This document shows, piece by piece, positions 38,229 to 47,457 of a DNA stretch of 64,000 nt; position 1 is the stretch's first letter; each line of letters begins with the position of its first letter. The position numbers were made by a program, and so were the translations under genes. The stretch spans positions 128,001-192,000 of the forward strand of contig CBDUPA010000008.1 in assembly GCA_965368975.1 (NCBI GenBank), written 5' to 3'. The notes beneath the pieces were generated by a model. It was not told the origin of the DNA and made no database searches. It worked only from the letters and a program-made list of their open reading frames with translations. The DNA is from an uncultured bacterium. GTDB lineage: Bacteria > Acidobacteriota > Thermoanaerobaculia > Multivoradales > JAHZIX01.

Positions 38229-39086
38229 TCAGTTCCGTGGCCACCGTGGAAAGAATGTGCTCGTTTTCTGGATGTACTTCCTGTACGCCGGCCGACGCTC
38301 TCCAATGTCTTTCTCTAGCATCGAGACGCCGGAGACCTTGAGTAGGAACAGGGACATGACGATCGGGCTGAGGATTGTCTGCCAGCCTCCAGGGGTACCG
38401 CAGGCGATGAGGAAGAAGCCCCACCAGACGCAGAAGTCACCGAAGTAGTTGGGGTGGCGGGTGTAGCGCCAGAGGCCGGTGTCGAGAACTTGACCCTTGT
38501 TCGCCGGATCGGCCTTGAAACGTGCCAGTTGCCAGTCGCCAACGGTTTCGAAGAACAGGCCGACGGCGAACAGGGCGATGCCGGCCCAATCTAGCCAGTC
38601 GAGGGCCAGCCAGTCCAGGGCTAGCCAGCCCGGCTCTATTCCTGCTGCGTTCTGCTGGCCGAACTGCAGCGGGAACGATATGAACCACAACAGGACGGCC
38701 TGGAACCAGAAGATCACGAAGAGAGACTTCCACTGGAAGCTCTTGCCGCGTTTGGCGCGCATGCGCGCGTAGCGGTAGTCCTCCTCGTTTTCCTTCAGGT
38801 TGCGCCACAGCAGGTAGCCGCCCAAGCGCAGGCCCCAAACGACCGGCAGGACGAGCAGGAGCAGGCGCCGCGCTGGAAGCTCGTCTTCGAAGCCTCCGAG
38901 ATAGAAGAAGCTGACGCTGGCGACGAGGACGAAGCCGAGGCCCCAGAAGGGGTCGACGATCGAGACGTCGGTGCGCACCAGGCTGACCAGCCAGACCAGG
39001 GTCATCATGCCCAGGATGGCGGCCAGGGTGGTCAGCAGGAGGGTAGTGGTCGGATTGAAGGTAACGGCGGTGAGGTAGCTGAGCAT
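38229..39086 (-). CDS. DUF1295 / steroid 5-alpha reductase-like membrane protein
   Basis: SIVDPFWG, WGLRL, EDYRY, ETVGDWQL..FK, GLWRYTRHPNYFG. Confidence 0.9.
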   Translation of the reverse strand: MLSYLTAVTFNPTTTLLLTTLAAILGMMTLVWLVSLVRTDVSIVDPFWGLGFVLVASVSFFYLGGFEDELPARRLLLLVLPVVWGLRLGGYLLWRNLKENEEDYRYARMRAKRGKSFQWKSLFVIFWFQAVLLWFISFPLQFGQQNAAGIEPGWLALDWLALDWLDWAGIALFAVGLFFETVGDWQLARFKADPANKGQVLDTGLWRYTRHPNYFGDFCVWWGFFLIACGTPGGWQTILSPIVMSLFLLKVSGVSMLEKDIGERRPAYRKYIQKTSTFFPRWPRN

Positions 39087-39091
39087 CCTGC

Positions 39092-39736
39092 TCAGGGTTT
39101 TCGTTGCCAGCTGCCGTCCGGTTTCTGAATCCAGTCACCGGAGCGAGCTTTCTCGCGCAGGGTCTCGGCATAGGTGGTGCGGATCTGCGGCAGGGTGGAG
39201 GGATCGGCGCCGGTGGCGGCGGCGATCTCCTTGAACATTTGCTCGCGATCCTTGTTCTCCGCCTTGACCAGGCGCTGGACCTCGGCGCGACGTGGCAGTG
39301 GCAGCTGGTCGAGAGAGCGGATGTCCAGCAGCGCCTTGTTGTTCTCTCCCAGCACGCCTTGGGCCTTGAGTTCGTTGATCTCCCGCAAGCGCTGGCCGCG
39401 CGACTCGATGATCTTGCGAATCGCAGGGTTGGAGATCTCAGGGTTGGCGACCTGCTCCTGGGCTTGGCTCTGTGCCTGGATTGGGGTGCTGACCAGCGGC
39501 ATGGTGCTCAGGTGGTGCAGCAGCCAGCCGACGGTGGAGACATCGCCCTCCTCGGCCGCCTCGGTTTCCGGCATGGCACCGTCGTCGCTCGCCGCCTCTT
39601 CGGCGACCGCGTCTTCGATACGCTGGCTGAGGTCTTTGACCTGGGCTTCCGGGAAGTAGACGTTGATGGTGACGCAGGCCAGCAGGCCGAGAACGGCGCA
39701 GCTGGCGATCAGGGCGAAGAGGGAAGATCGGCGCAT
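39092..39736 (-). CDS. YdbL/DUF1318 family lipoprotein
   Basis: LLACVTINVYFP lipobox; GVLGENNKALL, AENKDRE..F..IA, GDWIQ.PDGSW; CAGGAG RBS. Confidence 0.85.
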   Translation of the reverse strand: MRRSSLFALIASCAVLGLLACVTINVYFPEAQVKDLSQRIEDAVAEEAASDDGAMPETEAAEEGDVSTVGWLLHHLSTMPLVSTPIQAQSQAQEQVANPEISNPAIRKIIESRGQRLREINELKAQGVLGENNKALLDIRSLDQLPLPRRAEVQRLVKAENKDREQMFKEIAAATGADPSTLPQIRTTYAETLREKARSGDWIQKPDGSWQRKP

Positions 39737-39856
39737 GGGGAAGGCTCCTGTGAGGTTCGAGTCTGTGGGCACGAGCGAAGGCGGGCACGTGCCGCCTCAG
39801 TCTAGCAGCACGCTCTGCCGACTGGCCCTGCGGTGGGCGGCGGATCTCGGCGAGTT

Positions 39857-42800
39857 TCAGTCTGTGCGGACGGTGCTGAAGTCGAGGTTCTCGAGTCGTC
39901 GCAGCATGGCCAGGAACGAGACGGTGCGGCCCGGCTGGGCATTGACGACGTCGATTGGCAACGGCAGGCGGCCGCGTAGGAAGAGTTCCTTGTCGCCGCG
40001 CCGTTCCAGGCCGCGCAGCAGGAAGACATCGTTGTCCAGCTCCATCTCGACGCCCAGGCTGGAATAGGTATAGCGGTCGAACAAGCGTTGCAGACCGCGG
40101 TCGAGCAAGGTGGCGCTCTGGGCACCGGTCCCGAGGATGGTGAGGTTGCGCACTGCTTTGACGCTGACGGTGCGCGACACGCGGTTTTCGTCGACGCTGC
40201 GCAGGCGCGCTCGGAAGCGTATTGGTGTGCCGCGGAATAGCTCGCAGTCGCGCAGCTGCCCCTCGACGCTGCCGGTCATCTCGCCGAAGTCGAGTCGGCG
40301 GGTGAATTGCAGCAGGTCGATGTCGCTGAAGTCGGCGGAGAAGACGAAGCGCGGGTAGCCGGTGAGGATGTCGCGACCGGAGATGTCGCCGATGCGTACG
40401 CTGCCACCAAACACCGAGATCTCGCCACCGCCCTCGACCGTCAGCTCGCCGCCGCCATCGCCCTCGAAGCTGTGCAAAGTGATGTGTGGCAGCTGACCGT
40501 CGATGTTGCCTTCGAGCGGGAACAGGCCGAGCGTTGTGGCGACGCGCTCGAGCTGCAACTGATGCAACTGGATCGCGGTCTCGATGCGGCGGGCCTCGGC
40601 ATCCAGGAGATCGTGCAGGGCCAGCTGGCGCAGCTCGACGTGGCCGTCGAAGAGGGGCAGCACCAGCGGCTCGGTGACGCGCACACTGTCTCGCTCGCTG
40701 CGCAGCGACGTGCGCGTCCCTTGCACTTCGAGGCCGCGGAAACGGAAACGCTGGAAGGCGAGACTGCCCTGGCTTGTTGGATTCGGAGGCCCTGTACTCG
40801 CCGATGCGTCACGGCGCAGGTCGAAGGGCAGGTCGAGCGCGACGCCGACGATGCGCGTCTCCTGGTCCGCTGAGGTGACCGACACGTCTTCCAGGCGCAG
40901 CTGGCCGTGAAGTTGTTCGTAGAGCTGTTCCTGCAGCTGCCCGATGAGCTGCCCGATGACTTGTGCGTCCGGCTGCTCGATCGGTTTCTCGGATTGCGAG
41001 GCGGGCAAGCGGGCCGCGGCGCTGAGGTGTAGCCGGCCGTCGAGGTCGAGGTCGCCGAGGACGTCCGGGAAGGTGGGTTGCAGGTAGCGTCGGTGACCGG
41101 GACCGAGACGTGGCCAGTCGATCTCGGTCTGGAGCTGCAGCGGCTCTTTGCTGCCGCTGCTGTGCTGGAGGTTCAACTGCACCGTCGGTCCTTCGTGCAG
41201 GGTCAGACGCGAGGTGAGGTTGGCGCCGAGCTCGGGCAGGGAAGTCGTGCCGAGACCGTCGATGTGGCCGGTGATATCGAGGCGCGGGGCGGCGCCGCTG
41301 AGGTTGGCGTAGACGGTGCCCCACAGCACTTGCAGGCCGCGGCCGGTCGCCGCTTCGGCGCTCGTCGAGTGCAGTGCGAGCCGGAGCTGGTCGTCGATCT
41401 CGGTGCTGGCGGCCTCGACCTGCACGTCGAGGTCGAGACCGTCGACGACGCGCGAGTAGTCGGCCGAAGTGTAGGCGCCGCCGCGCACTTCCAGCGGACC
41501 GGTGAGGCTCCAGGTGGGGGCTGCCAGGCCGAGCGCGTCGAGCTGTACGTGCACGCCGTGGGCGCGCAGGCTTCCTCCGTAGCTGGCCTGAGCGCTGCTC
41601 TCCGGGTCGAGCGACAGCTCGGCGAGCAGATTCGGGTGCAGCAGCGCGCGCACGCTCTCGAGGGTGAAGGCCTCGCTGTCGAGCTGGGCTTCGAGGTGTA
41701 GGGGCTGCTCGCGATCGCTGTGCCAGTCGCCCTCGGCGCGCAGTTCTCCGATCCCCGGCAGCCGCAGGTGTGCCTGCCGGAAGCGAGCCTCGAGAGCTTG
41801 TCCGAGCGGGCCACCGAGGCCCTCGATGTTTCCGTGTACCGTCAGCTCGACCGGCTGCGCTGCCGCCAGCTGGGGCACGAGGACATTCCCCCGAAAGTCG
41901 AGCTGATGGATGCGCACGGGTGCCGCCAGCAGGGAGGTCTCCACGGACGGCGACCAGGACACCTGAGCTTGCAGGCTGCCCTGCCGCAGCATCCAGGGGG
42001 TGGGCGAGACGCTGGTGAGCAGCCGTGCCGTCAGGCGGCTGCCGCTGACGGCAGCGTGCAGCTCGGGCGCCGTCCAGGTGCCTGCCAAACTACCGGTGGC
42101 CGAGACCGGGCCGACGACCTGCAAGTCGGTGCCACCGTCTGCCGCGGTGTAGCGCAGCGGTGCCAACGACAGGTTGAGCACACCTGTCTGCCAGGCGAGT
42201 TCAGCTGGCTCGTGCAGGTTGAGCGGCCAGCGGCCGTCAGCGGTCATGAGCGGTAGGTGCGGGCCGGGTTCGACGCTGAGCTGGCCATGTAGGCTGAGCG
42301 GTAAGGGCGGCAGAAGCTGCTGGGAGGCCGAGGTGCTGTCCCGCTCTGCGGGTGGATCAAAGCGGCCGGTGAGCTGCAGACTGAGCGGGAAGGGCGTGGG
42401 CCAGGCTGGCCCGAGGACGGGCTCGGCACCGCCACCATCGAGGCTGAGCGCCACGTCGACTTGCGTGGGCTGACCGTCTGCCAGGTGCACCTCGGCACGC
42501 ACGGGGCCGAGGCGGTGTCCTGCCAGCCGGAGGAGAGCTTGCGTCGAGTCCACGGGCAGCTCGACGATCTCGAACAACGGTCCCAGCGGGACGCTCGGTG
42601 CGTCAGGTAGCGTCGTGAGGGTCAATCGTCCGCGGAGCGCGGCGGAGCCGATGTCGAACAGGCTGCCTTCGACGTAGAAGTCGGCACGCTGCGCCTCCGA
42701 GCGCAGGGTCAGGCGCACGCCGTCGAGTTGGAGTTCCCCGACCTGCGGCAGGGGTTCCGGCGCGGCTTCGGGAGGCGCGGTGGCTGTGGCCGGTGCAGGT

Positions 42801-43189
42801 TCCGTTGCGGCTTGCGACGGTGGCTGCAGCCGCGCTCGCGCGTCGTGCGCGTGCAGACGGTCGAAGCGGCCGGCGCGTGCGTCGTCGAGCTGGGCTTCGA
42901 CGTCCAGGCGGCCGATGCACAGCTGTTCCAGATGCGGCAGCCCCGGCAACCGGCGCAAGCAGAGTTCGTGCAGGCGGAAAGAGTGCGTGCCCAGGATCTG
43001 CAAGCGTCCCAAGGATACGTCGCCGCCCAGCCGCTCGGCGATGGCCTGGCGCACCAGCCGTCGGGGCAGGTCGCGATGCCACCAGACCGCGGCACCGGCG
43101 ATGACGAAGCCGAGCAGAAGCAGGGCTAGACTCCAGCGTAGCCAGCGGGCTGCGAACCAGCGGCGGGAGTGGGTAGAAAGTCGAGTCAT
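39857..43189 (-). CDS. YdbH/AsmA-like intermembrane lipid transfer protein
   Basis: N-terminal TM, long beta-rich body, LPLFDG, ISVFGGSV, FG.MTG.VEG, FDRYTYS.LG; lies upstream of the YdbL-like gene. Confidence 0.72.
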   Translation of the reverse strand: MTRLSTHSRRWFAARWLRWSLALLLLGFVIAGAAVWWHRDLPRRLVRQAIAERLGGDVSLGRLQILGTHSFRLHELCLRRLPGLPHLEQLCIGRLDVEAQLDDARAGRFDRLHAHDARARLQPPSQAATEPAPATATAPPEAAPEPLPQVGELQLDGVRLTLRSEAQRADFYVEGSLFDIGSAALRGRLTLTTLPDAPSVPLGPLFEIVELPVDSTQALLRLAGHRLGPVRAEVHLADGQPTQVDVALSLDGGGAEPVLGPAWPTPFPLSLQLTGRFDPPAERDSTSASQQLLPPLPLSLHGQLSVEPGPHLPLMTADGRWPLNLHEPAELAWQTGVLNLSLAPLRYTAADGGTDLQVVGPVSATGSLAGTWTAPELHAAVSGSRLTARLLTSVSPTPWMLRQGSLQAQVSWSPSVETSLLAAPVRIHQLDFRGNVLVPQLAAAQPVELTVHGNIEGLGGPLGQALEARFRQAHLRLPGIGELRAEGDWHSDREQPLHLEAQLDSEAFTLESVRALLHPNLLAELSLDPESSAQASYGGSLRAHGVHVQLDALGLAAPTWSLTGPLEVRGGAYTSADYSRVVDGLDLDVQVEAASTEIDDQLRLALHSTSAEAATGRGLQVLWGTVYANLSGAAPRLDITGHIDGLGTTSLPELGANLTSRLTLHEGPTVQLNLQHSSGSKEPLQLQTEIDWPRLGPGHRRYLQPTFPDVLGDLDLDGRLHLSAAARLPASQSEKPIEQPDAQVIGQLIGQLQEQLYEQLHGQLRLEDVSVTSADQETRIVGVALDLPFDLRRDASASTGPPNPTSQGSLAFQRFRFRGLEVQGTRTSLRSERDSVRVTEPLVLPLFDGHVELRQLALHDLLDAEARRIETAIQLHQLQLERVATTLGLFPLEGNIDGQLPHITLHSFEGDGGGELTVEGGGEISVFGGSVRIGDISGRDILTGYPRFVFSADFSDIDLLQFTRRLDFGEMTGSVEGQLRDCELFRGTPIRFRARLRSVDENRVSRTVSVKAVRNLTILGTGAQSATLLDRGLQRLFDRYTYSSLGVEMELDNDVFLLRGLERRGDKELFLRGRLPLPIDVVNAQPGRTVSFLAMLRRLENLDFSTVRTD

Positions 43190-43269
43190 CACTCTGCCAG
43201 TGTATTCGACGACTCCTTCCAACGGGCTCTTCTAGCGGGCGCCTCCAACTGGCTGTCCTGGCTAAAGAG

Positions 43270-43508
43270 CAAAAATGCCCGGTGTGGTCGGGAGCTGGAC
43301 TCCTCTCCACACCGGGTCCTCCTTCTACTCACCTCCCTCCGCAGAGGAAAGGTCAATTGGACCTCTGCGGCCGTGCGCACATTCCCAAGCTACTTCCAAA
43401 CTCGCGCTACTTGCGATTGGCTCTACTCTCGTGCAGAGCCTACCTGAGTAGGTCCCGAACTCGGAGGCGCGCCGGGAATACTGGCGCTCCGTCGGACGTT
43501 TTCGAATG
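43270..43508 (-). ncRNA. Candidate structured small RNA or leader (~240 nt)
   Basis: Upstream sigma70-like promoter, several hairpins including a GAGA tetraloop, GGAG-rich tract, terminator hairpin + U run; no convincing ORF. Confidence 0.55.
43271..43316 (-). terminator. Rho-independent terminator
   Basis: CCCGGTGTGG (43278-87) / CCACACCGGG (43307-16) stem followed on the minus strand by CATTTTT. Confidence 0.75.
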
Positions 43509-43513
43509 GTTGG

Positions 43514-43543
43514 AGTGTAGCGCGGAGCAGGATCGGGATGCAA
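43514..43543 (-). promoter_or_regulatory. sigma70-like promoter
   Basis: Minus strand TTGCAT-N18-TACACT. Confidence 0.55.
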
Positions 43544-43552
43544 GTCCCGCCA

Positions 43553-43630
43553 ATTCATAGCGCCCTCTTCTGCGTGGCGGCCTCTTGTTCGTAGCGCCCT
43601 CTTATTCGTAGCGCCCTCCTATTCGTAGCG
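43553..43630. repeat. Degenerate tandem copies of TTCGTAGCGCCCTC spanning the permease stop codon
   Basis: ATTCATAGCGCCCTC, GTTCGTAGCGCCCTC, ATTCGTAGCGCCCTC, ATTCGTAGCG; the last copy encodes RYE-stop on the minus strand. Confidence 0.75.
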
Positions 43631-46075
43631 CAGAGCGACCAAGGGATCGACCGATGCCGCTCGTCGTGCTGGCAGAAGGGTCGCCAGGGTCGCGACCGTG
43701 AGCAGCACGATGCTGACGGTCAGGAAGGTGACCGGATCGCGCGCTTCGACCTGGAAGATCTGGCTCTCTAGGCCCATGGCGATCAGGAAGCCGAGCGGCA
43801 AGCCGAAAAGCAGGCCGACAACTGTCTGGCGTAGCCCTTGTCGCAGGACCAGCTGCAGCACGTCTCGCTGACCGGCGCCGAAAGCCATGCGTACCCCCAT
43901 CTCCTGGGTACGTTGTGCCACCGCAAAGGCCATGACGCCGTAGAGGCCGACGCAGGCCAGCAGCAGAGCACCGATGCCGAAGGAGGAGAAGATCGTCGAG
44001 ATGAGGTTGGGAAAGTAGAGCGTCGAGGCCAGCACCTGATCCATGGAGCGTACGAAGTAGAGCGGAAGGTCAGCGTCGAGGCGCAGCACGGCCTGGCGCA
44101 AACCGTGGGTGTAAGCCAGCGGGTCGCCATGTGTCTTGGCGATGATCCAGGCGAAGCGGGGTGGATTCTGGGCTAGTGGCACGTAGATCGCCTGCTGGTC
44201 TGCGGCGTTGTCGAATTCGGCGAAGCGCAGGTCTGGCACCAGCCCGACGACCTGGACCACTCCGGCCTCGGCGTCTTGGGCTTCCAACGCCTCGCCCATC
44301 CACAGGTCGAGGCGCTTGCCGAGTGGGCTCTCATCTGGCCATTCGCGCTCGGCGAAGCTCTGGTTCACCAGCACCACTCGCGGCGCGCCGTCACGGTCGG
44401 CGACGGAGAAGTCGCGGCCGGCGAGTAACTGCAGGCCGAACGTCTCGAAATAGCCAGGGCCGACTACCGTGAGGCGGGACAAGGGCATCTGGTCCGGCCG
44501 CTCGTAGCTCTCGCCGGGACGTTCGAAGTAGGTGCTACCGCCGCCACCAATCTCGGTGTCGACCGGGATCACCGTGCCGATGGCTGCGCTGGCGACCTCG
44601 GGCGAGGAAGCGACTTCCTACTGTAGCCGCTCGAAGAAGTCGGTCCAGTTGGCGGGATCCGGATAGTCTCCCTCGAACAAACCGACGCGCGCGGTCAGTA
44701 TATTGTCGCCGTCGAGCCGAAGGTCGTAGCTGTTGGCGGCCAGAACGCCGCGAACGGTCAGCACAGCTCCTACCAGGAGGGCGCAGGAGAGTGCCACCTC
44801 TGCGACCACCAGGGCACGACTGGCAAGGCCGACACGAGAGCCGGTTGTGCCGCGGCTGGAGTCCTGGAGGATCAGGTTGACGTTCGGCCGCATCACCTGC
44901 AGAGCCGGTAGCAGGGCGGCGGCCAGCGCGGCGATGAGGGTAGTTGCCACAACGAAGAGCAGCACGCGCTGGTTGATATCGAACTGGAACCAGAAAAGCC
45001 GGTCATCGCCCTTCAGGGACACGTCGAAAGCGCGCACGGCAAAGTGGGCTCCTATGGTGCCCAAGATGGCTCCAATAGATGCCAACAAGGCCGATTCGGC
45101 GACGACCTGCGCCACCAAGTGGCCGCGCCCAGAACCGAGGGCGGCGCGGATGGCCAGCTCTCGGCCGCGCAGGGTGGCGCGCCCGGCCAGGATGTTGGCA
45201 ACGTTGGCGCAGGCGATGAGCAAGACGAGGAGCACTGCGGTCATCATGATCCCGAGCATCCGTCGTTCGCCCTCACCAATGAACTCGTGGATGTAGGGCT
45301 GGACTACTGCTCCGACGCCGGCATTGGACTCAGGGTAGGCTTCGGCGAGCCGCTCGGCGATCAGCTGCATCTCCAGAGCCGCCTGCTCGAGACCGACGCC
45401 ATCCTTGAGCCGACCGAAGACCTCGACCGTGTAGTCCGCCTGGCCGCGCGGTTCACTGGTAACGTCGATTGCGCGCGGGATCCAGACGCTTTGGTTGATC
45501 GGGAACTCAAAATCTGGCGGCATCACACCGATCACAGTCGTTGGCTGCGAGTTGGCTCGGATCACACTGCCGACGATTGTGGGGTCGCCGCCGAAGCGCT
45601 TCTGCCAGATGTCATGGCCGAGCAGGATCGTGGCTGCAGCGTCGGGAGCGACGTCCTCTTGCTGGAAGTCGCGGCCAAGGGTCGGCTGCAGGTCCAGGAT
45701 GTCGAGAAAGTTGTAGGTGACGAAGGCGCCGTCATAGCGTTCCGGCAGTTCGCCGGCACCCGAGAGATTGACGGTACCGGTGCTGAAGCCGGCCAGTCCT
45801 TCGAAGCTGGTCTGCTGGGCCTGCCAATCGGCCAGGTCGTGGTACGGAACTTCCATGCTGGAGACGCCGCGCTCGAGGTTGTTGCGCTCCAGGTGCACGA
45901 GTTCGTGTGCCTGCTCGAAGGGCAGGCCTCGCAGCAGAATTCCGTCGACGATGGCGTACATGCTGGCGGTCAGGCCGATGCCGAGAGCCATGGCGAAGAT
46001 GGCGATGGCCGTCGAGGCTGGCTTCTTGCGCAGCATGCGGAAGGCGAAGCGGAGGGTACTGAGGATGGAATCCAT
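43619..46075 (-). pseudogene. ADOP/MacB-FtsX type duplicated ABC permease interrupted by one in-frame TAG
   Basis: ORFs 44618-46075 and 43619-44572 are in the same frame: ...FFERLQ*EVASSPEVASAAIGTVIP...; motifs LLIACANVAN, RELAIRAALG, GLYGV, PARRAA.VDP..ALRYE. Confidence 0.85.
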
Positions 46076-46174
46076 GACGGCTGCTCCTGTCGGGATCTCG
46101 GGGAAGACGCTGGGCGCGTCCGGGTAGTGTCTCTTGACCAGCTTTACGCCAGCAGGCCGAAGAATGTTTCCCCG

Positions 46175-46591
46175 CTAGAGGGTTGCCAGGCGCTGGCCGC
46201 ACCAGGCGCCGAGCAGTCCCAACAGCGGACTGCCCAGGCCGTAGACCGCCGCCGCGGTGAAGCGCTGGGCTTGTAGCAAGTAGAGCGCTTCCAGGCTGAA
46301 GGTGGAGAAGGTCGTGTAGCTGCCGAGCAAGCCGATCAGGAGCAGGGAGCGCACGTCCGGATGCACAGTCAGTCGGTCGGCGAAGAGACCGGCGAGTAGG
46401 CCGAGCAGCAGGCAACCGGAGAGGTTGACCGCAAAGGTTCCCCAGGGGAACTGCCAGTCGGGTCGTGCCCGCAACACCCAAGTCTGGACCCAGCCGGCGA
46501 CCTGGTAGCGCAGCAGTGCTCCGGCTGCGCCGCCGCTGGCGACGGCGAGGTAGGGCAGGTAGGCGGGCGGCACGTGGGCGGTGACGGACAT
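46175..46591 (-). CDS. crcB: Fluoride efflux channel FluC/CrcB
   Basis: GGAAGALLRY, FPWGTFAVN, GLLGSYTTFSTFSLE. Confidence 0.93.
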   Translation of the reverse strand: MSVTAHVPPAYLPYLAVASGGAAGALLRYQVAGWVQTWVLRARPDWQFPWGTFAVNLSGCLLLGLLAGLFADRLTVHPDVRSLLLIGLLGSYTTFSTFSLEALYLLQAQRFTAAAVYGLGSPLLGLLGAWCGQRLATL

Positions 46592-46638
46592 GGCCGGGGA
46601 TTGTACCCGACCGCCAGTGAGGACGCTTCCCAGACCGG

Positions 46639-47337
46639 CTAGCCGACGAACTTGTACCCCATACGGTGTACCGTTACCAGGAAACGTGGATCGGACGGCC
46701 GGTCCTCGATCTTCTTGCGCAGCTTGGCGATGTGGGTGTCGACGGTGCGGGTGAAGGGGATGTGTTCGTAGCCCCACACCTCGTCGAGCAGCTGCTCGCG
46801 GCTCACCACTTCGCCGTGATGGCGGACGAAGTACTGCAGCAGGTGGAACTCGCGCGGCGACAGCTCCAGCGGTTCGCCGCCCTTGCTGGCCTCGTGGCGG
46901 CGGAAGTCCAGCACCACATCGCCAAAGGCGAAACGGTCCGGTGCCAGCATGCTGCTCCCGGATCCGTTGACCCGCCGCAGGATGGCCTCGGCGCGGGCCG
47001 TCAACTCCATGAAGCTGAACGGCTTGGTGACGTAGTCGTCGGCGCCCAGTTTGAGGCCGAGGACCTTGTCGATTTCCTGCCCGCGCGCGGTGAGCATGAT
47101 GATCGGTACGTCGTTGCCGTCGTTGCGCAGCCGCTTGCACACATCCAGGCCGGTCATGCGCGGCAACATGACGTCGAGGATCACGATGTCGGGGCTGGTC
47201 TCACTGGCCAGGCGTAGTCCAGCGGCGCCGTCGCGCGCCAGGATGACTTCGTAACCTTCATAGTGGAAGCCATCCCGTAGAGCTACGGCCATGGCTTCGT
47301 CGTCTTCTACGATCAGAGCGCGGCGTGCGGTACTCAA
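46639..47337 (-). CDS. OmpR family response regulator
   Basis: [40 protein letters not shown]; GGGAGG RBS before TTG 47337. Confidence 0.95.
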   Translation of the reverse strand: MSTARRALIVEDDEAMAVALRDGFHYEGYEVILARDGAAGLRLASETSPDIVILDVMLPRMTGLDVCKRLRNDGNDVPIIMLTARGQEIDKVLGLKLGADDYVTKPFSFMELTARAEAILRRVNGSGSSMLAPDRFAFGDVVLDFRRHEASKGGEPLELSPREFHLLQYFVRHHGEVVSREQLLDEVWGYEHIPFTRTVDTHIAKLRKKIEDRPSDPRFLVTVHRMGYKFVG

Positions 47338-47457
47338 GACAAGAACCTCCCGAAGGTGGTTGAAACGGACTGCGGGGCCCCAGAAACTTGCATCTCTGGA
47401 GTCCATATACTCCGCCCGTGTTCGGAGGTTGCACGCCGAGTGGGAATTCCTCGCGTT

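Noticed and set aside
34622-38229. Integrative element or prophage at tRNA-Phe
   Set aside because: No integrase, no phage genes, and no duplicated tRNA 3' end (attR) found by eye; only the compositional shift supports acquisition
44618-44620. Pyrrolysine or programmed amber readthrough
   Set aside because: No pyl genes in the window, TAG serves as a normal stop in many genes, and a permease is an unlikely target
46592-46640. Fluoride riboswitch upstream of crcB
   Set aside because: Only about 47 nt separate crcB from the response regulator stop, and no GGCGATG...CGCC-like core is visible
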